Shown here: positions 1 through 13,515 of the stretch, piece after piece
Numbering within the stretch: the stretch's first letter is position 1
How the letters are laid out: every line of letters starts with the position of its first letter
From: Octopus vulgaris
Taxonomy: Eukaryota
NCBI GenBank assembly: GCA_951406725.2
Contig: OX597831.1
Span: 27,652,001 to 27,716,000, forward strand
Length of the DNA stretch: 64,000 nt
Direction: 5' to 3'
Position numbers and translations under genes: made by a program
The notes under the pieces: model-generated
The model's input: the letters and a program-made list of their open reading frames with translations, nothing else
Told to the model about the DNA's origin: nothing
The model's database searches: none

Positions 1-72
1 GACTTGCAAACAATCGTCTTGTGCTGTACCCATCAAAAAGGCAATTGGGTAGAGAACGTAAGAACAAATTTT
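1..72 (-). CDS. SLC28A3: SLC28/CNT exon, truncated by the window edge
   Basis: Acceptor tttttctctccttccAG; KICSYVLYPIAFLMGTAQDDCLQV..., matching the CNT ICSY...P.AF.MG motif. In frame with the previous exon. Confidence 0.92.
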
Positions 73-192
73 CTGGAAGGAGAGAAAAATAAACACATAA
101 ACACACAATAAAAACTGAATATATGTATGTGTGTGCGTTTGTACGAGATTCGCCTTCACCGGCAAAATGTCAGCACCTTATCGTCCCGTTCT

Positions 193-227
<35 letters not shown>

Positions 228-229
228 AT

Positions 230-760
230 GATATATGACAAAAGGCGATCTATTTTCTTTCGTTCACTTCCTTCGTAAAGACAAGACGTGCTTTTTACCT
301 GTCCCTTCTCATAGCTCGTCTTTCTAACGTTCATAATTTTTCACATCATCTTGGCTTAACAGCCCTCACCGTTTGTTTTTACTCTCTTGTTCTCACTGTC
401 CTGTTTTTATTACCACTTTCACCCTCCGCAAAAAATCCCAAGTTTTATTTAATTTGCTTTGCAGGAAGGACTGTTTCAACGAAGTCGCTTATTGTCCTTG
501 CCTTCGTAACGCGGAGTAGATGAAACAGGGACAACTGATGAAGGGGAATGTTCTTTATGCTGCATGTCTCTTTTTTACTGTTTTTTTTTATTTTCGTTGT
601 TCGAAAAAAGTTCGTTTTCTATGTTTTTGTTTTTTTATGTTTTCGTTTTCTCATTGTGTCTAAGTTTTTTCATGTCCTGTACCCATATATACACATATAT
701 ATACAGATATATGTAGGTATGTACATATATGTATGTATATATGCATATATTTATATATTA
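230..760. mobile_element. Dispersed repeat (probably Penelope-like terminal region); related copies at 8040-8180, 22530-22900 and 27900-28500
   Basis: Shared gaaacagggacaactga..aggggaat.ttctttatg and ..gtcctgtacccatatat across copies in both orientations, always bounded by TA/CA microsatellites. Confidence 0.55.
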
Positions 761-799
761 TTTATATTGTGTGTGTGTGTGTAAAATCATAAGTCAGTT

Positions 800-1948
800 T
801 TTCTTTTGTTGCGAATTGAAGGAAAGAACAACAGAAGATGTCTTTAACCCGGTAAAGCAAAATGTATTGAGAGCGATGTAGTGGCAAACATGTATTAGCA
901 TTTGCACTGATGGCACTCCATCCCTGCAGGGTCGAAAAAAAGGCTCCGTGGCTTATGTAGTACAAACAAAAGTAGAAAGTTAAAATTGTACATTGCCTGA
1001 TTCACCGCTAAGTTTTGGTGTCAAAATCTCTACCTGAAGACGATGGACAATGTTGTTAAAGTGATGAATTACATAAAATCGCATTCCCTATGATGCAGAC
1101 TTTCTGCATCCCTATGTGAAACTATGGATTCTGATTGTAAGTGTTTGCTGCTTCATACAGAAGTGCAATGGCTCTTGAAAGGAAAAGTGCTCTCTCGATC
1201 TATCTCTTTGTGAACTGATATAATCTGTTTGTTCGATGCTGAAAATTCTGGATTTGAATTTCTTAACGATTGATAATTGGTGGCTGGAAGTAGCATTTCT
1301 CTACGATCTTTTTGAGAAGCTGAACGTTTAAAATTTTGAGTCTGCAAGGAGCGAACGAAAATATTATTGCAATTACAGGCAAATGAAAGTCTTTCACCGA
1401 CAAGTTAGAACTGTGGATAAGGAAAGTTAAAAACTCGCAGCTTGACTGATTCCCAAACGTAGAGGCTTTTCTAAACGATTTTAAAATTTTGTCAGAAGTG
1501 CAGAAGACAGTAGACAACCTCTCTGTATCGTTTTCTAAGTATTTTCCATCACTTGATTATCAAATGTAGGAGCGGGTCATCAATCCTTTCGCAAGATCCG
1601 ACAGTACACACCTGCCGTTAACATTAACAGAAGTAAAAAGCTTAATAGATTTGAAAAAACGATCCTGTGCACAAAGCCTCATTTTCTGTGCTAGAATTGT
1701 CAGAATTTTGGATTTCGCTTTGGAGCCAATATCCTCGATTAGCTATTACAGCCATTAAATCACTGTTGCCCTTAGGAACATCGTATCTTTGCGAAGTAGT
1801 TATCTCTGCGCTTATGGAAATGAAGTAAAAGAAAAAAAAACGGAAACGATTAGAGACGGTAGATGAGGGGCTACGTATTTGTTTATCAAATTTAGAGCCG
1901 CGTTTCTACAAATTTATTTTCTCATATTCAATTGCATCCTTCTCATTA
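800..1948 (+). mobile_element. Degenerate hAT (Charlie/ZBED5-like) transposase fragment
   Basis: Manual translation gives CTDGTPSLQG (~903), VVKVMNYIKS, LLLHTEVQWLLKGKVLSR (~1145), LLPLGTSYLCEVVIS (~1763) and LRICLSNLEPRF...QLHPSH*. Many stops and frameshifts. Confidence 0.85.
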
Positions 1949-1977
1949 AAGACATTATTACTGTATTATATTACCTC

Positions 1978-2489
1978 TCTCTCTTACTTGTTTCAGTCAT
2001 TTGACTGCGGCCATACTGGAGTACCGCCTTTAGTCGAGCAAATCGACCCCAGGACTTATTCTTTGTAAGCCTAGTACTTATTCTATCGGCCTCTTTAGCC
2101 GAACCGCTAAGTTACGGGGACGTAAACACTCCAGCATCAGTTGTCAAGCGATGTTAGGGGGACAAACACAGACACAGACAGACACACACAGAGCAAATCG
2201 ACCCCAGGACTTATTCTTTGTAAGCCTAGTACTTATTCTATCGGTCACTTTTGCCGAGCCGCTAAGTTGCGGGGACGTAAACACGCCAGCATCGGTTGTC
2301 AAGCGATGTTGGGTGGGGGGACAAACACAAACACATATATACGATGGGCTTCTTTCAGTTTCCGTCTACCAAATCCACTCACAAGGCTTTGGTCGGCCCG
2401 AGGCTACAGTAGAAGACACTTGCCCAAGGTGCCATGCAGTAGGACTGAACCCGGAACCATGTGGCTGGTAAGCAAGTTACTTACCACAT
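1978..2489 (-). mobile_element. tRNA-derived CORE-type SINE family A, with internal duplication
   Basis: Reverse strand head ...gtggtaag...ggttcagtcc...gcaccttgggcaagtgtctt, an internal microsatellite and tail gactgaaacaagtaa. The central segment occurs twice. Confidence 0.85.
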
Positions 2490-2592
2490 ATATATTGACA
2501 GAAATGTTAAGGCAACAAAAGAATGAAAGAGACCACGATATTATGTAAATAGAGGAATTTATCTGCAGATGTAATGTGACAATTATTCGGTA

Positions 2593-2662
2593 GCCATGAT
2601 AAAACTCCGAGTTTCGGATGTCGGGGCGGAAACCCACGCCGCCATCTCTTCAGTTATCCGGC
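2593..2662 (-). ncRNA. Type I hammerhead ribozyme motif
   Basis: Minus strand reads GCCGGATAA-CTGAAGA-GATGGCGGCG..CGCCCCGACATCC-GAA-ACTC(G)GAGT-T-TTATCATGGC. Core, stems I-III and a GUU cleavage triplet are all present. Confidence 0.7.
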
Positions 2663-3127
2663 CACCGAAAAAAATGCTATGAAAACGACCGTTAAACAAA
2701 GGGAAATTACTGTGTGATTGACCGTTATTAAGACAAAAGAGCTATATGTATAATATCTTCATAAAACAATGTTATTTTGTTGTTACTATGACAAGAATTT
2801 ATTTATTTTCATTCATACTAATAAAGTATATTCAATTTTGTTGGGATTTTCATTTGGTGTGCCGCAAAATAAATTCTCCTCGCCCAGTGTGTTGTAAGGT
2901 AAAAAAAAAAAAGTTTGGCAGACGTATCATTAGATGCTAATGACGGTTATTGTTTTTCTGTTTCAAAATCTTCTTTTCGAATTCTAGGAATGGTACCTTC
3001 CTTTTATGCTTACATGATATAATTACTTCGGAATGTCTATTAGTTATATTTTCTCTGGATGTGACGATCTCCAGGGTTTCCTCTAGGCGTAAGTTGCACA
3101 CCTGCGATGTTCTATTGTGTGGTATGG

Positions 3128-3163
<36 letters not shown>

Positions 3164-4095
3164 AGACCAGTTGGTCGTATGCGTCACTCCATGCTGTTTG
3201 AGCCTCCAGATAAGATTAGATAATGATGTGAAGTACCTTTTGTTTACATTGGAAAATAACGTAAGATGGCTGCGTAGACAATTTTTCTTGGTGTCTCAGA
3301 TACCAGCAACGTAGAAGAATGTGGTTTACAAATGTGAAGTGAAGACAGGTACACAAAATACGAAAATAAGTAACAGGGACGTAAACACACCAACACTGGC
3401 TGTCAATCGGAGGTGGGGGTGTTAAACACAGACACAGGTACGCATACACACACACATATACACGAACATACACACACACAACCCTTCCCCCATATATATA
3501 TACGACGGGTTTCTTTCAGTTTCCGTCTACCAAATCCACTCACCAGGCTTTGGTCGACCCGAGGCGTTAGCAGAACACACTTGCCCAAGGTACCACGCAG
3601 TGGGACTGAACCGGGAACGATGTGGTTGGGAAGCAAGCTTCTTACCGCACAGCCCCGCCTATGCCTATATATGTAAGAAATTGGAATGACAAATAAACGA
3701 GCAATTACGTTATGAATTTAATTAGCTTACAGCTGTTTCGGCTATAGAATGCAGTAGACCCATAGTTCAATGCTTCAGTAACACTTTCTAGCTTCATCGG
3801 AGCTTCAAACATGAAATGCATATATGTGATGTCAAACATCAAGTCATAAGTATTTCTACGTTTAAGTGAAACATTAACGCGCGCACACACACACATATAC
3901 GTACGTATGTACGTGCGTGCGTACATACATACGTACGTGCGTGCATACATACGTACGTATGTACATACATACATACACATACGTACGTATGTGCATGCAA
4001 GCACACATACATACATACATACATACATACATACATACATACATACATACATACATACATACATACATACATACATACATACATACATACATACA

Positions 4096-4126
<31 letters not shown>

Positions 4127-4326
4127 GTATGTATGATAGATCGCTAGCCACTACACATCCTCTATTTTCTCTCCTTGTTTCTTTCTGTGTTCCTTTCTGT
4201 GGAAGAGCATAGGCTCGAAACGTCAAAGACTTTTTCAGTTCCTGAGCGTTATACTAATACATCTGTTTGTTGTCTACACCACCTGTCTTCGTCTTTTGTT
4301 TTGTTTGTGAATTCTCCCTCCCTCCC

Positions 4327-4362
<36 letters not shown>

Positions 4363-4368
4363 TCTTAC

Positions 4369-4537
4369 CTCAAATGTTAACTTTTCGATGTGGACTCTGT
4401 CACCAAGCCACATAAGGACGGCATTTACAAAAGACAATATGGAAATGAAAGCTATAAGATTGACACCGATATTTGCGACCAATTTAATTGCTTGGGAAGC
4501 ACCTCTCGAGGCAGCGTCAAGTAAACTCTTCTCGGAT
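4369..4537 (-). CDS. SLC28A3: SLC28/CNT exon
   Basis: Acceptor aatttctttgcAG; (G)SEKSLLDAASRGASQAIKLVANIGVNLIAFISILSFVNAVLMWLGDRVHIEKLTFE; donor AG|GTAAGA; 169 nt, phase 2 to 0. Confidence 0.96.
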
Positions 4538-5720
4538 CTGCAAAGAAATTAAAAATATATAAACCCCGAAGAAACCCAAACAGATCTGAACGTTAGCAAA
4601 GAGAGAAGTTATAATCGAATATTTGTATGTAAGGCGACGAGCTGGCGGAATTGTTATCACGCCAAGCAAAAGGCTTAGTGGCATTTCGTCCGTCTTTACG
4701 TTCTGAGTTCAAATTCCGACTTTGCCTTTCATCCTTTCGGGGTCGCAAAAAGAAGTACCAGTTAAACACTGGGGTCGATGTAATCGACTTATCCCTCCTC
4801 TGAAATTACTGGCCTTGTGCTAAAGTTTAGAATCAATAATCATATATCTGTATATTCTGGATGTTTTAGAAATAAAGGTGGATGGCTACAGTGGTTAGTG
4901 TACCTTCTGATAGACTGTAACTGAAAATGGGTTCGCCATGATTGGAATGGCTTCGACGGTATGTTTATTCGAAAATATCCGACCCGTGGCTAAAAGACGG
5001 CTGTAGATGTTACATGGTTCTCACACGCCACAAGGCGACATGAGCCTGTCTCTTTAATGACATCTGCTAGAAATATCAACCAAATCTCCTTGAAAAACGA
5101 AGTGCACATTTGGACAATATAGTGCAAGTCAGTCTGAAAACGTAAAGACAGGATGGTCATAGCTGGGAGGCTTTTTGCGTTAGGTCTCTTTGATCAGGGG
5201 TTGACCTGAGGCTAAGCAGCAGCTTTTTGCTTTTTCCCTAGCTTTCTACTACTACCATCGCCAGCACCACCACCACCGCCACCGCCGCCGCGCCACCACC
5301 ACCAACAACACCACCGCCGCCGCCGCCGCCGCACCACCACCACCACCGCCGCCGCACCACCACCACCACCACCACCGCCACCACCACCACCACCACCGCA
5401 CCACCACCACCACCACCACCACCACCACCACAAGCGTCATCAGCATCATTAACGGCAAATCAAGCAGCTTCCCAATTAATCACTTGGCATGTTAGAAATA
5501 GCAGCTAAATATGCCTGAAAATCACTCCTTACTGTCTTTAAGAGAGATGGGCATCCTGGACAATGTGGTTTTATGTGAACATTATCATAAAAAAAGACTG
5601 GATGGTCCAGGCTCGGACGCCTTCGTCTGTAGGTTTGCTCGATCAGTGCTGACCTTGGACTAAACCACCAGCACCAAACATCAACAGCAATTATTCAGAA
5701 ATACATTTCTTGTATTACTC

Positions 5721-6112
5721 AAACCTGGACGTTATCAAAGAAGCTTGAGAGGCGGTTGGATGGAACCTACACTCGCCTCCTTATGAGAGCTCAAAACCTC
5801 TCGTGGAAGCGCCATCCAACCAAAATGCAAATATATGGGAAACTACCACCTGTGTCATCTCTTGTGAAAGGTAGGAGAGTCCAGTTTGCTGGACATTGTT
5901 GTAGAGCTGAAAAAGAAGTAATTTCTACTCTTCTCCTCTGGAAGCCATCTACTCGCAATACCAGAGGGCGCACACTCTCCTACCCTGATGTAATCTCCAG
6001 GGATACAGGCATCCAGCAACAGGACCTCCGTAATGCTATGATGGACCGTGAAGTCTGGCGTAACATAGTAAATTCCATTGTCTCGACCACGGTCGAACAA
6101 TGATGATGATGA
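5721..6112 (+). mobile_element. 5'-truncated RTE-clade LINE 3' end
   Basis: ORF ..LDGTYTRLLMRAQNLSWKRH...RRVQFAGHCCR...LLLWKP...AMMDREVWR* followed by a (TGA)n tail. ATTACTC is duplicated at both flanks. Confidence 0.88.
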
Positions 6113-6631
6113 TTACTCTCAAACAATCTTGTATTTTTATAGTAACGCTAAATAAGAACCTACGGGTATCACGCTGTTCTGTAGAACACAAGCCGGGAGT
6201 CGAATCTAATTAAGTCTTATCCATTCAGTTTTAGTAGATTCAGAAACATGATTCTTTTCTTATATTTGCTTATTCACCACCAGCAGTACCCGGTGTTGTT
6301 CGGCTTTATTAATATCTCAAATAGATACAGCACCAAACTTTTCACCAGAAATCCGAGCATATTGTGCAATACCGAGCAATATGCTGTGCCCTTGTAAAGA
6401 GTTAAACAGACCCCGTTTCTGAAGTTGGCTAATTTGCATACAGTGTATTAAAAGTAGTTTTGTTTTCCACTCTTTTTTTAAAGAGAATTTATAAACATTA
6501 AACATATTCTGCTTTACAAATGTGTTATTTTGTACTTGCATCTGTTAAGTAAAAACATGTTCCTTACTTTTCTTCGTTTAATTCAAATCTTATAAACATT
6601 ATACTGTATATACGGTATACTGTATAATATA

Positions 6632-6865
6632 AAGGCGGCGAGCTGGCAGAAACGTTAGCACGCCGGGCGAAATGCTTAGCGGTATTTCGTCTGCGTTACG
6701 TTGTGAGTTCAAATTCCGCCGAGGTCGACTTTGCCTTTCATCCTTTCGGGGTCGTTAAATTAAGTACCAGTTACGCACTGAGGTCGATGTAATCGACTTA
6801 ATACCTATGTCTGTCCTTGTTTGTCCCCTCTGTGTTTAGCCCCTTGTGGGTAATAAAGAAATAGG
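6632..6865 (+). mobile_element. Meta-domain tRNA SINE
   Basis: aggcggcgagctggcagaaacgttagc...gagttcaaattccgccgaggtcgactttgcctttcatcctttcggggtcg..aaattaagtacc, flanked by duplicated GTATACTGTATAATAT. Other copies: 4631-4835(+), 24690-24840(-), 40411-40628(-), 51330-51525(-), 56461-56665(+), 61200-61600(-, tandem). Confidence 0.85.
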
Positions 6866-7772
6866 TATACTGTATAATATTGTGTTTTAAGAATTTGAGT
6901 GGATAAATAAATATCAAACACACCCTGCTTCAGAAATGTATTAATTTGGTTCTGTTAAATAGAGCTTAGCTCATAACTCTTCATAAATTATTCTATATAT
7001 TAAGTATATATTTAGGATACTTCCAGGAAAATGGAAAATCCAGAAATCCAGGACACTTCCGGTCTCAAGTTCTAGTACTGCACACTCATATGAGTTCTTT
7101 ATATTTGAAATAAGAAGCTTTAAAAAGATTTGGTCACTCTGTTGTAAGTCCAAGAACGTTGGTTTACTTAGAATTGTCTCATCCAAAGTATTTACCAAGT
7201 ATCATTTGGAACCAAAGACTGGTACTCCGTCGGTTACGACAATGAGAGTTCCATTTGATCCGACCAACAGTGCAGGCTGCTCGTGAAATTAAACGTGCAA
7301 GTGGCTGAGCACTCCACAGACACGCGTACCCTTAACGTAGTTCTCAGGGAAATTCGGCGTGACACAAAAATGTGGCGAGGCTAGCCCTATGAATTACAGG
7401 TATAACTGGGTTTTTTGCCAGGTGAATGGACTGGAGCAACGTGAAATAAAGCGTCTTGCTCAAGGACATAACGCGCAGCTGGTTTTCGAACTCACGATCG
7501 TAAGGTCGTGAACCGAACACCCCTAACCACTAAGCCACGTGCCTTACAAAGTATTAGGAAATGTCAAATTACCCATCACTATCTCCTTGAAAAGTTGAAG
7601 TTGTGAGCAATGTTTCAGTTTCCTGTGTGCAAAATTGTGATCTACAGCGACTTGGAACATAAATACATACGTTCATAAATATGTACATGCATACATATAT
7701 ATACATACATAAAAACAGACATAAATTGAAACAAAAATACAAATATATAATCATACATACATATACATAAAT

Positions 7773-7803
<31 letters not shown>

Positions 7804-8954
7804 GATATATACACATGTCTATATACATATACATATATATACATATCTATATACATATACATGTATATACATATATACATACATATACATGTATATACAT
7901 ACATACACACATACACATATATACATACATACACATATACACATATATACATACATACACACATACACATATATACATACATACACATACATACATACAT
8001 ATATATATATTAATAAATAAAATAAAACATATGCATATATATAAACATATATGTACGTACCTACCTCTACATGTACATATACACGCATATATGAGTACAG
8101 GACACCAAAAGGACGTCGAACACAATGAGAAACGAAAACATAGACACAAACCAAAGGAACTGGACATTTTTTTAAACAACAAACATCCATACGCACATAT
8201 GCATACATAAATGAATAGATATATACATATATTTACGCACACAGACACACACACATAATTATGTATACATATATATATAATCTATCTATGTTTCAAGACG
8301 ACGTTGTATTCCAATAATTGTTATCTGAACGTCAATGCTGCGCCATTACAAGAAAGGATTCGTGTCATATTCTTTGCTTGTGTGATGGATATTGGATAGG
8401 CATGGCCAACGGGATGGTCATGGTCGGCTGTTTAGCTATCTCTGATGGCCAACGATAAAGTACAGGCGCAGCTAGGTATGATTACCGTTACAACTTGCAG
8501 AGTTCCAGCCAGTCAGATAGTCTTGCTTCATTATATTAATGCCATTGCATTTTGATAAGCAGCCACTAGCTTCTAACATTGGCAGTTTGGAAATACAAGT
8601 TCAGCTAACATTTTCTTACGTGTTCTTTCCTTCCTAAGACACATGGGTTTGATTTGTAGGAAAGATGGTTGCTCTTTCTAGTACTCCGAGTGACCACGAA
8701 CACATTTTCTCGTTGACTCGTGTGTAACTCTATTTGCGTATTTCGGCGTTAATCACTGCATCGAGTTACGTCCCTTTGCTCCAGAGCAATAAAACCTCGC
8801 TATTCGCTAAAAAAGCACTCCATAATAAAGTTACAGACTGAAGAAATACCGAATTCAATGCAACCGGTTAAACCCTTAAATATATTTACCCAACATGGCC
8901 TCAGTTCAATAACTGAACCCGGGAAAAGAATAAAATACATGCTCAAAGACTTAC

Positions 8955-9085
8955 CCTTTACCAATTTTGCCATAATCTTTGACAGAAGCTTTTGAGATTT
9001 CTGTTTCTGGATACAGCAACTTAGACAGAGCTAGTGCGGCGGGAGCAGACATTACTGAGGCGGAGAGGAGATGCTGCGGTTTAGC
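8955..9085 (-). CDS. SLC28A3: SLC28/CNT exon
   Basis: Acceptor ttcgaccAG; AKPQHLLSASVMSAPAALALSKLLYPETEISKASVKDYGKIGK-GG; donor GTAAGT; 131 nt, ends phase 2. Carries the HLL.ASVMSAP...KL.YPETE motif. Confidence 0.96.
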
Positions 9086-9319
9086 CTGGTCGAATAAATA
9101 TATAATATCAGTATATATAACACGCCATGTGACTTTGAACAAATATACATTTTTGTGAGTAAGACTTTAGCATTCGAAGCTGTTGAATTGGATCTACTTG
9201 ATTGATTGATTGATTGATTGATTCTAGTTTCAGCTCATGAGCTGTGGCCATGCTGGGGCACCGCCATCCTTGATAATATTTACTTCCTAAATCATTTGAC
9301 ACGAGCTGGAATAGTTCTC

Positions 9320-9737
9320 TCTCTTTACTCTTTTACTTGTTTCAGTCATTTGACTGCGGCCATGCTGGAGCACCGCCTTTAGTCGAGCAAATCGACCCCG
9401 GGACTTATTCTTTTGTCAGCCCAGTACTTATTCTATCGGTCTCTTTTGCCGAACCGCTAAGTGACGGGGACGTAAACACACCAGCATCGGTTGTCAAGCA
9501 ATGCTAGGGGGACAAACACAGACACACAAACGCACACACACATACATATATATATATAAATATACATATATACGACGGGCTTCTTTCAGTTTCCGTCTAC
9601 CAAATCCGCTCACAAGGCATTGGTCGGCCCGGGGCTATAGCAGAAGACACTTGCCAAAAGATGCCACGCAGTGGGACTGAACCCGGAACCATGTGGTTGG
9701 TTAGCAAGCTACTTACCACACAGCCACTCCTGCGCCT
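9320..9737 (-). mobile_element. SINE family A, full length
   Basis: Full head (aggcgcaggagtggctgtgtggtaag, A/B boxes), CORE-like segment, internal (CA/TA)n and tail. Other minus copies: 3371-3661, 11570-11758, 22998-23382, 33661-34046, 41585-41981, 45040-45350, 58907-59368, 60145-60644, 61791-62196. Confidence 0.9.
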
Positions 9738-9931
9738 AGTTCTGTTTGTTTTTTAAAATCTTTTTTTTTTATATATATATTTGTGACATGATGTTTAATG
9801 AAATGGTTTGAAGTTTTCTAAATTATCCACTTTCTATACTTTTTTGCTGTATCAGCATCTCTATTTAGTCGTTCTACTTCTCTTTTATATTCGAAAGTTC
9901 ATTTTCCTTTCTAAAAGCTTAACTAATCTTA

Positions 9932-10325
9932 TCTTTATATATAAAAGAGAGGTTGTGTGCTGTCTGTCTCCTACGATTTAGATTCCTAACTACTCCCACA
10001 TTTTGCGGTGCAGTTTAACCAAAACCGGGTATCTTATAGTCGTGATTCATATCGAGCCCTTCTGGGTATTAGCGCACGTCTACGATGAGTCTACGATTAA
10101 AAAAAAAATTACCATCAATTTTTCACATTTTTAATGCATTTTAGGCATATATAAGGGAAGTAACTCTAAAAATTTATTATTAAATCTCAGAACGTAAAAA
10201 GCTACAGTAACACCCCCCCCTTTGTGGTTAGCCATATTGAGATGGCTATTATACTTTACATCTCTAAAAATGCTTATATAGTTATTTCCCTTACAAACCC
10301 GAGCAACGCCGGGCGATACTGCTAG
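9932..10325 (+). mobile_element. Non-autonomous Helitron
   Basis: 5' TC (tctttatatataaaa), 3' hairpin cccgagcaacgccggg followed by CTAG, inserted between A and T, no TSD. Confidence 0.85.
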
Positions 10326-10565
10326 TCTTACATATAATACAATGCAATGTGTTCACATCGGTCACTCTGGTCATATAATATAATGCATATACGCATGTGT
10401 GCATGCATCATACATACATACATACATACACAGACACACATATACACAGGCACACACATAAATATATTTATATATGTATGTATATTTGTGCATGTATGTA
10501 TACATACATGCATACAAATGTTTACATGTATGCGTGTATGTACGCATATATTTTATATTTATACG

Positions 10566-10597
<32 letters not shown>

Positions 10598-10609
10598 CAT
10601 AATTCGTTT

Positions 10610-10655
10610 CGTTCGGAACTTTAGTTTCAACTTTGTTTCTTCCTTCAGGCGAACG
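10610..10655 (-). ncRNA. Degenerate minimal hammerhead motif
   Basis: Minus strand reads CGTTCGC-CTGAAGG-AAGAAACAAAGTT-GAA-ACT(AA)AGT-T-CCGAACG. Core A9 replaced by G. Confidence 0.4.
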
Positions 10656-10735
10656 ATGATCGATTTTTAGACATTTTAGATATATACTTTTTATAATTTT
10701 CAAATTTTGTAACAGTACCTAGAACTTTTCTTTCA

Positions 10736-10804
<69 letters not shown>

Positions 10805-12439
10805 GTTTATCTATCTATCTGTCTATCTGTCTGTCTGTTTATCTATCTATCTTTCTACCTATCTATCTATCTATCTATCTATCTATCGATCTATCTATCC
10901 ATACCTACATACACACACATGTAAACAGATATACATATGTACATACACATATCACATACATACGTACACACGCGCGTGTGTATGTGTGAGTGCTTGTGTG
11001 TGTTCCGTATATGTGAGTGTGTGTGTGTAAGCCATGTACACATACATATATGAACAATACACTACTACAATGCTGGCTCATGACCAGTGGTTGTCACAAT
11101 GTTTGACGAAGGAAATTGCCGACCAATGCATAGTGTAGACAAACAACACCGTGAAAGCCTATTTGAGAATGACATCAAAGTCATTTAAAGTTAGCTACAA
11201 CTCACACATCTTCACAATCTAAAACCGTAGCCAACCTTAGTAGCTACACATTAAAAAGTTGGAAAAAAATAAATCAATCCTTCCAACCGATTTGGAAAAG
11301 CTAAAAGGAAAGCAAATCGTTCACAGGCGACCGGAAAGCATGCAACATCTCACAAAAATGTTGAAAGTGTATTTGCCAAGATTTCTGTCCTAAAAAATAT
11401 TCCGAATGCTTTTCAACATGATTGTCCCGGATTTTAATTATATACAAAATCTCCAAATCCATGAACTATCGAGATCCCTAAATAATGTCTAATATACTCG
11501 TACCTTTAATCTAAAACCTATCATTCTCTTATTCCTTCGATCTACTTATGTTCTTTAATTTATCATTTATCTTTTACTTGTTTCTGTCTTTGGACTATGG
11601 CCATGCTGAGGCATCGGACTTTAAGGTTTTAGTCGAACAAATAGACACCAGTACTTATTTTTTAACTAGGTACTTTTTTCACCCTCTTTTTGTCGAAAAG
11701 TTATGGGATCGTAAGCAAACCAACACCGGTTGTCAAGCGGCGGTTGGGGGACAAACGCAAGGAGGGTTTCACCTGCATTGACCAGGCCTTTCTTTATCAA
11801 ACCTCAAATGATGATAGACAAAAGGAATCTCGGTGGGATTTGAAAATAAAGTACCTAGTGTTTGGTAGCCGTATGTTGTCATTCTAAATTTGGTGATTGA
11901 GTCCATTTACAGAATTTAAGTAGGTATTTTTCGATGTGACGATATTTCGTGAAAAATCGGATTTAATATTTAGGTAACACATGAACATCTTTGTTTTGTT
12001 GATCGAATTTCCTTCAAATTACATCATATTGTCTTCAAAAAGAAGGACAAAGTAGATAACATTGTGATAGATATGCACTATATAAAGAGTTGGAATAGTC
12101 AAAACTGGAACATCTTCCATCATAAACCAGGTGAACCATGGCTGATCAAGTATAATCAACGACACCAGGGTCACTCGACTTACTACAAATAAGAGTCAAA
12201 TATTCTCAAAGCGAGATTGAAGAGGCATTTAAAGAAGTAAGGACACATTTTTCAATGAAGTCTGAGATATACGAAACACCAGGATGCTTGCGGCTGAAAC
12301 ACCTTAATCACAGACCTAATGGATGAGGACATCGGATCGAGTCCAGGTGGGGGCTACACGATGATAGTAACAGCAACAAAAACAGCAGCTGTATTAAAAA
12401 AAAGAGGATAAATGAAGAAATAAAGGCTGAAAAACTTAC

Positions 12440-12565
12440 CCCAAAGTTAGAATAGAATCCCAGTAGTGAGCCGGAAATGGTGGCAAATCCTCCGGTCATG
12501 ACAGCATGGAGTTCCGAGCCAGTCATGTCATTTAGAAATGGTTTGACAAGTAGTGGAGACTCTGT
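12440..12565 (-). CDS. SLC28A3: SLC28/CNT exon
   Basis: Acceptor tctctatcctcAG; [42 protein letters not shown]; donor G|GTAAGT; 126 nt. [14 protein letters not shown] is the CNT signature. Confidence 0.97.
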
Positions 12566-13515
12566 CTGAGGATAGAGAGAAAAAGAGAGAGTGCAGTAGG
12601 AGTAGAGAATGTAAAGTGGTGTCTTTTACGTTGGGAGGTGAAAAGAGAAGGATGAGAGAGGGGATACAGAAGGGAGAGAAGAAGGAAGTATGTGTGTATG
12701 TATGTGTGTAAGGAGGAGGAAGAGCAGGATCAACAGAAGATGGATTTGTGTGTGTGTGTGTGAGAGAGAGAGACTGAGAAGAGAAAGGCAAGGGGAGTGG
12801 AAGATATAGAGGGAGAGGATGTAAATTAGAGGGGTTGGAGAGGGATAGAGAGAGGAAGGGTGTGAGTTGATAGCAAAGGAGAGAATAGGAAAAAGGAATG
12901 AGATTGAGAGATGGCGAGATTGCAGAGCCACTTATACACATACAAGTACGAACGCGCGCGCTAGCGTGTATATAGACAGACAGACAGATAGATAGATATA
13001 GATTCATACACATACACACACACACATACACACACATGCACACACACACACATACACATAGATGTATAACATTTATATACGCATTCACACATGCACATAC
13101 GCTCATAAATTCGCACACGCATATATACATGCAGAGAGAGAGAGAGAGAGAGAGGGAAAGAGAGAGAGAGACAGGGAAAGAGAGGGAGAGAGGTGGAGAA
13201 CAAGGAAGAGAGTAAAGAGTTGTTGAGAAATGCGATAGAGAGAGAGAGAGAGAGGAGGGAGAGAGAGAACAGTCTATCTAGATATACGCACACATATACA
13301 GACGTTCAACTAGTTAGCGGATCTATTCCATCTCAATCACAGATTTTTTAATTAATTTTTTTTAACTAAACAGTTTGCAACTTTGAATAGTGGTAGAATT
13401 TCTCACGTGGAACACGGTTTACTCTGAACCTTTTTGACAAAATTTCGTATTTTATAAGTCATTTCGTGTTAAAGTTGTCGTATTTGGGTAATTTCAACCA
13501 ATCAACGATGTGTGG

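Noticed and set aside
3705-4226. Long ORFs such as MYVCMYVC.../HTYIHTYI... here and at 7.6-8.2, 26.7-27, 39, 43 and 47.6 kb
   Set aside because: Translations of (TACA)n/(TA)n/(CA)n microsatellites with no coding signal.
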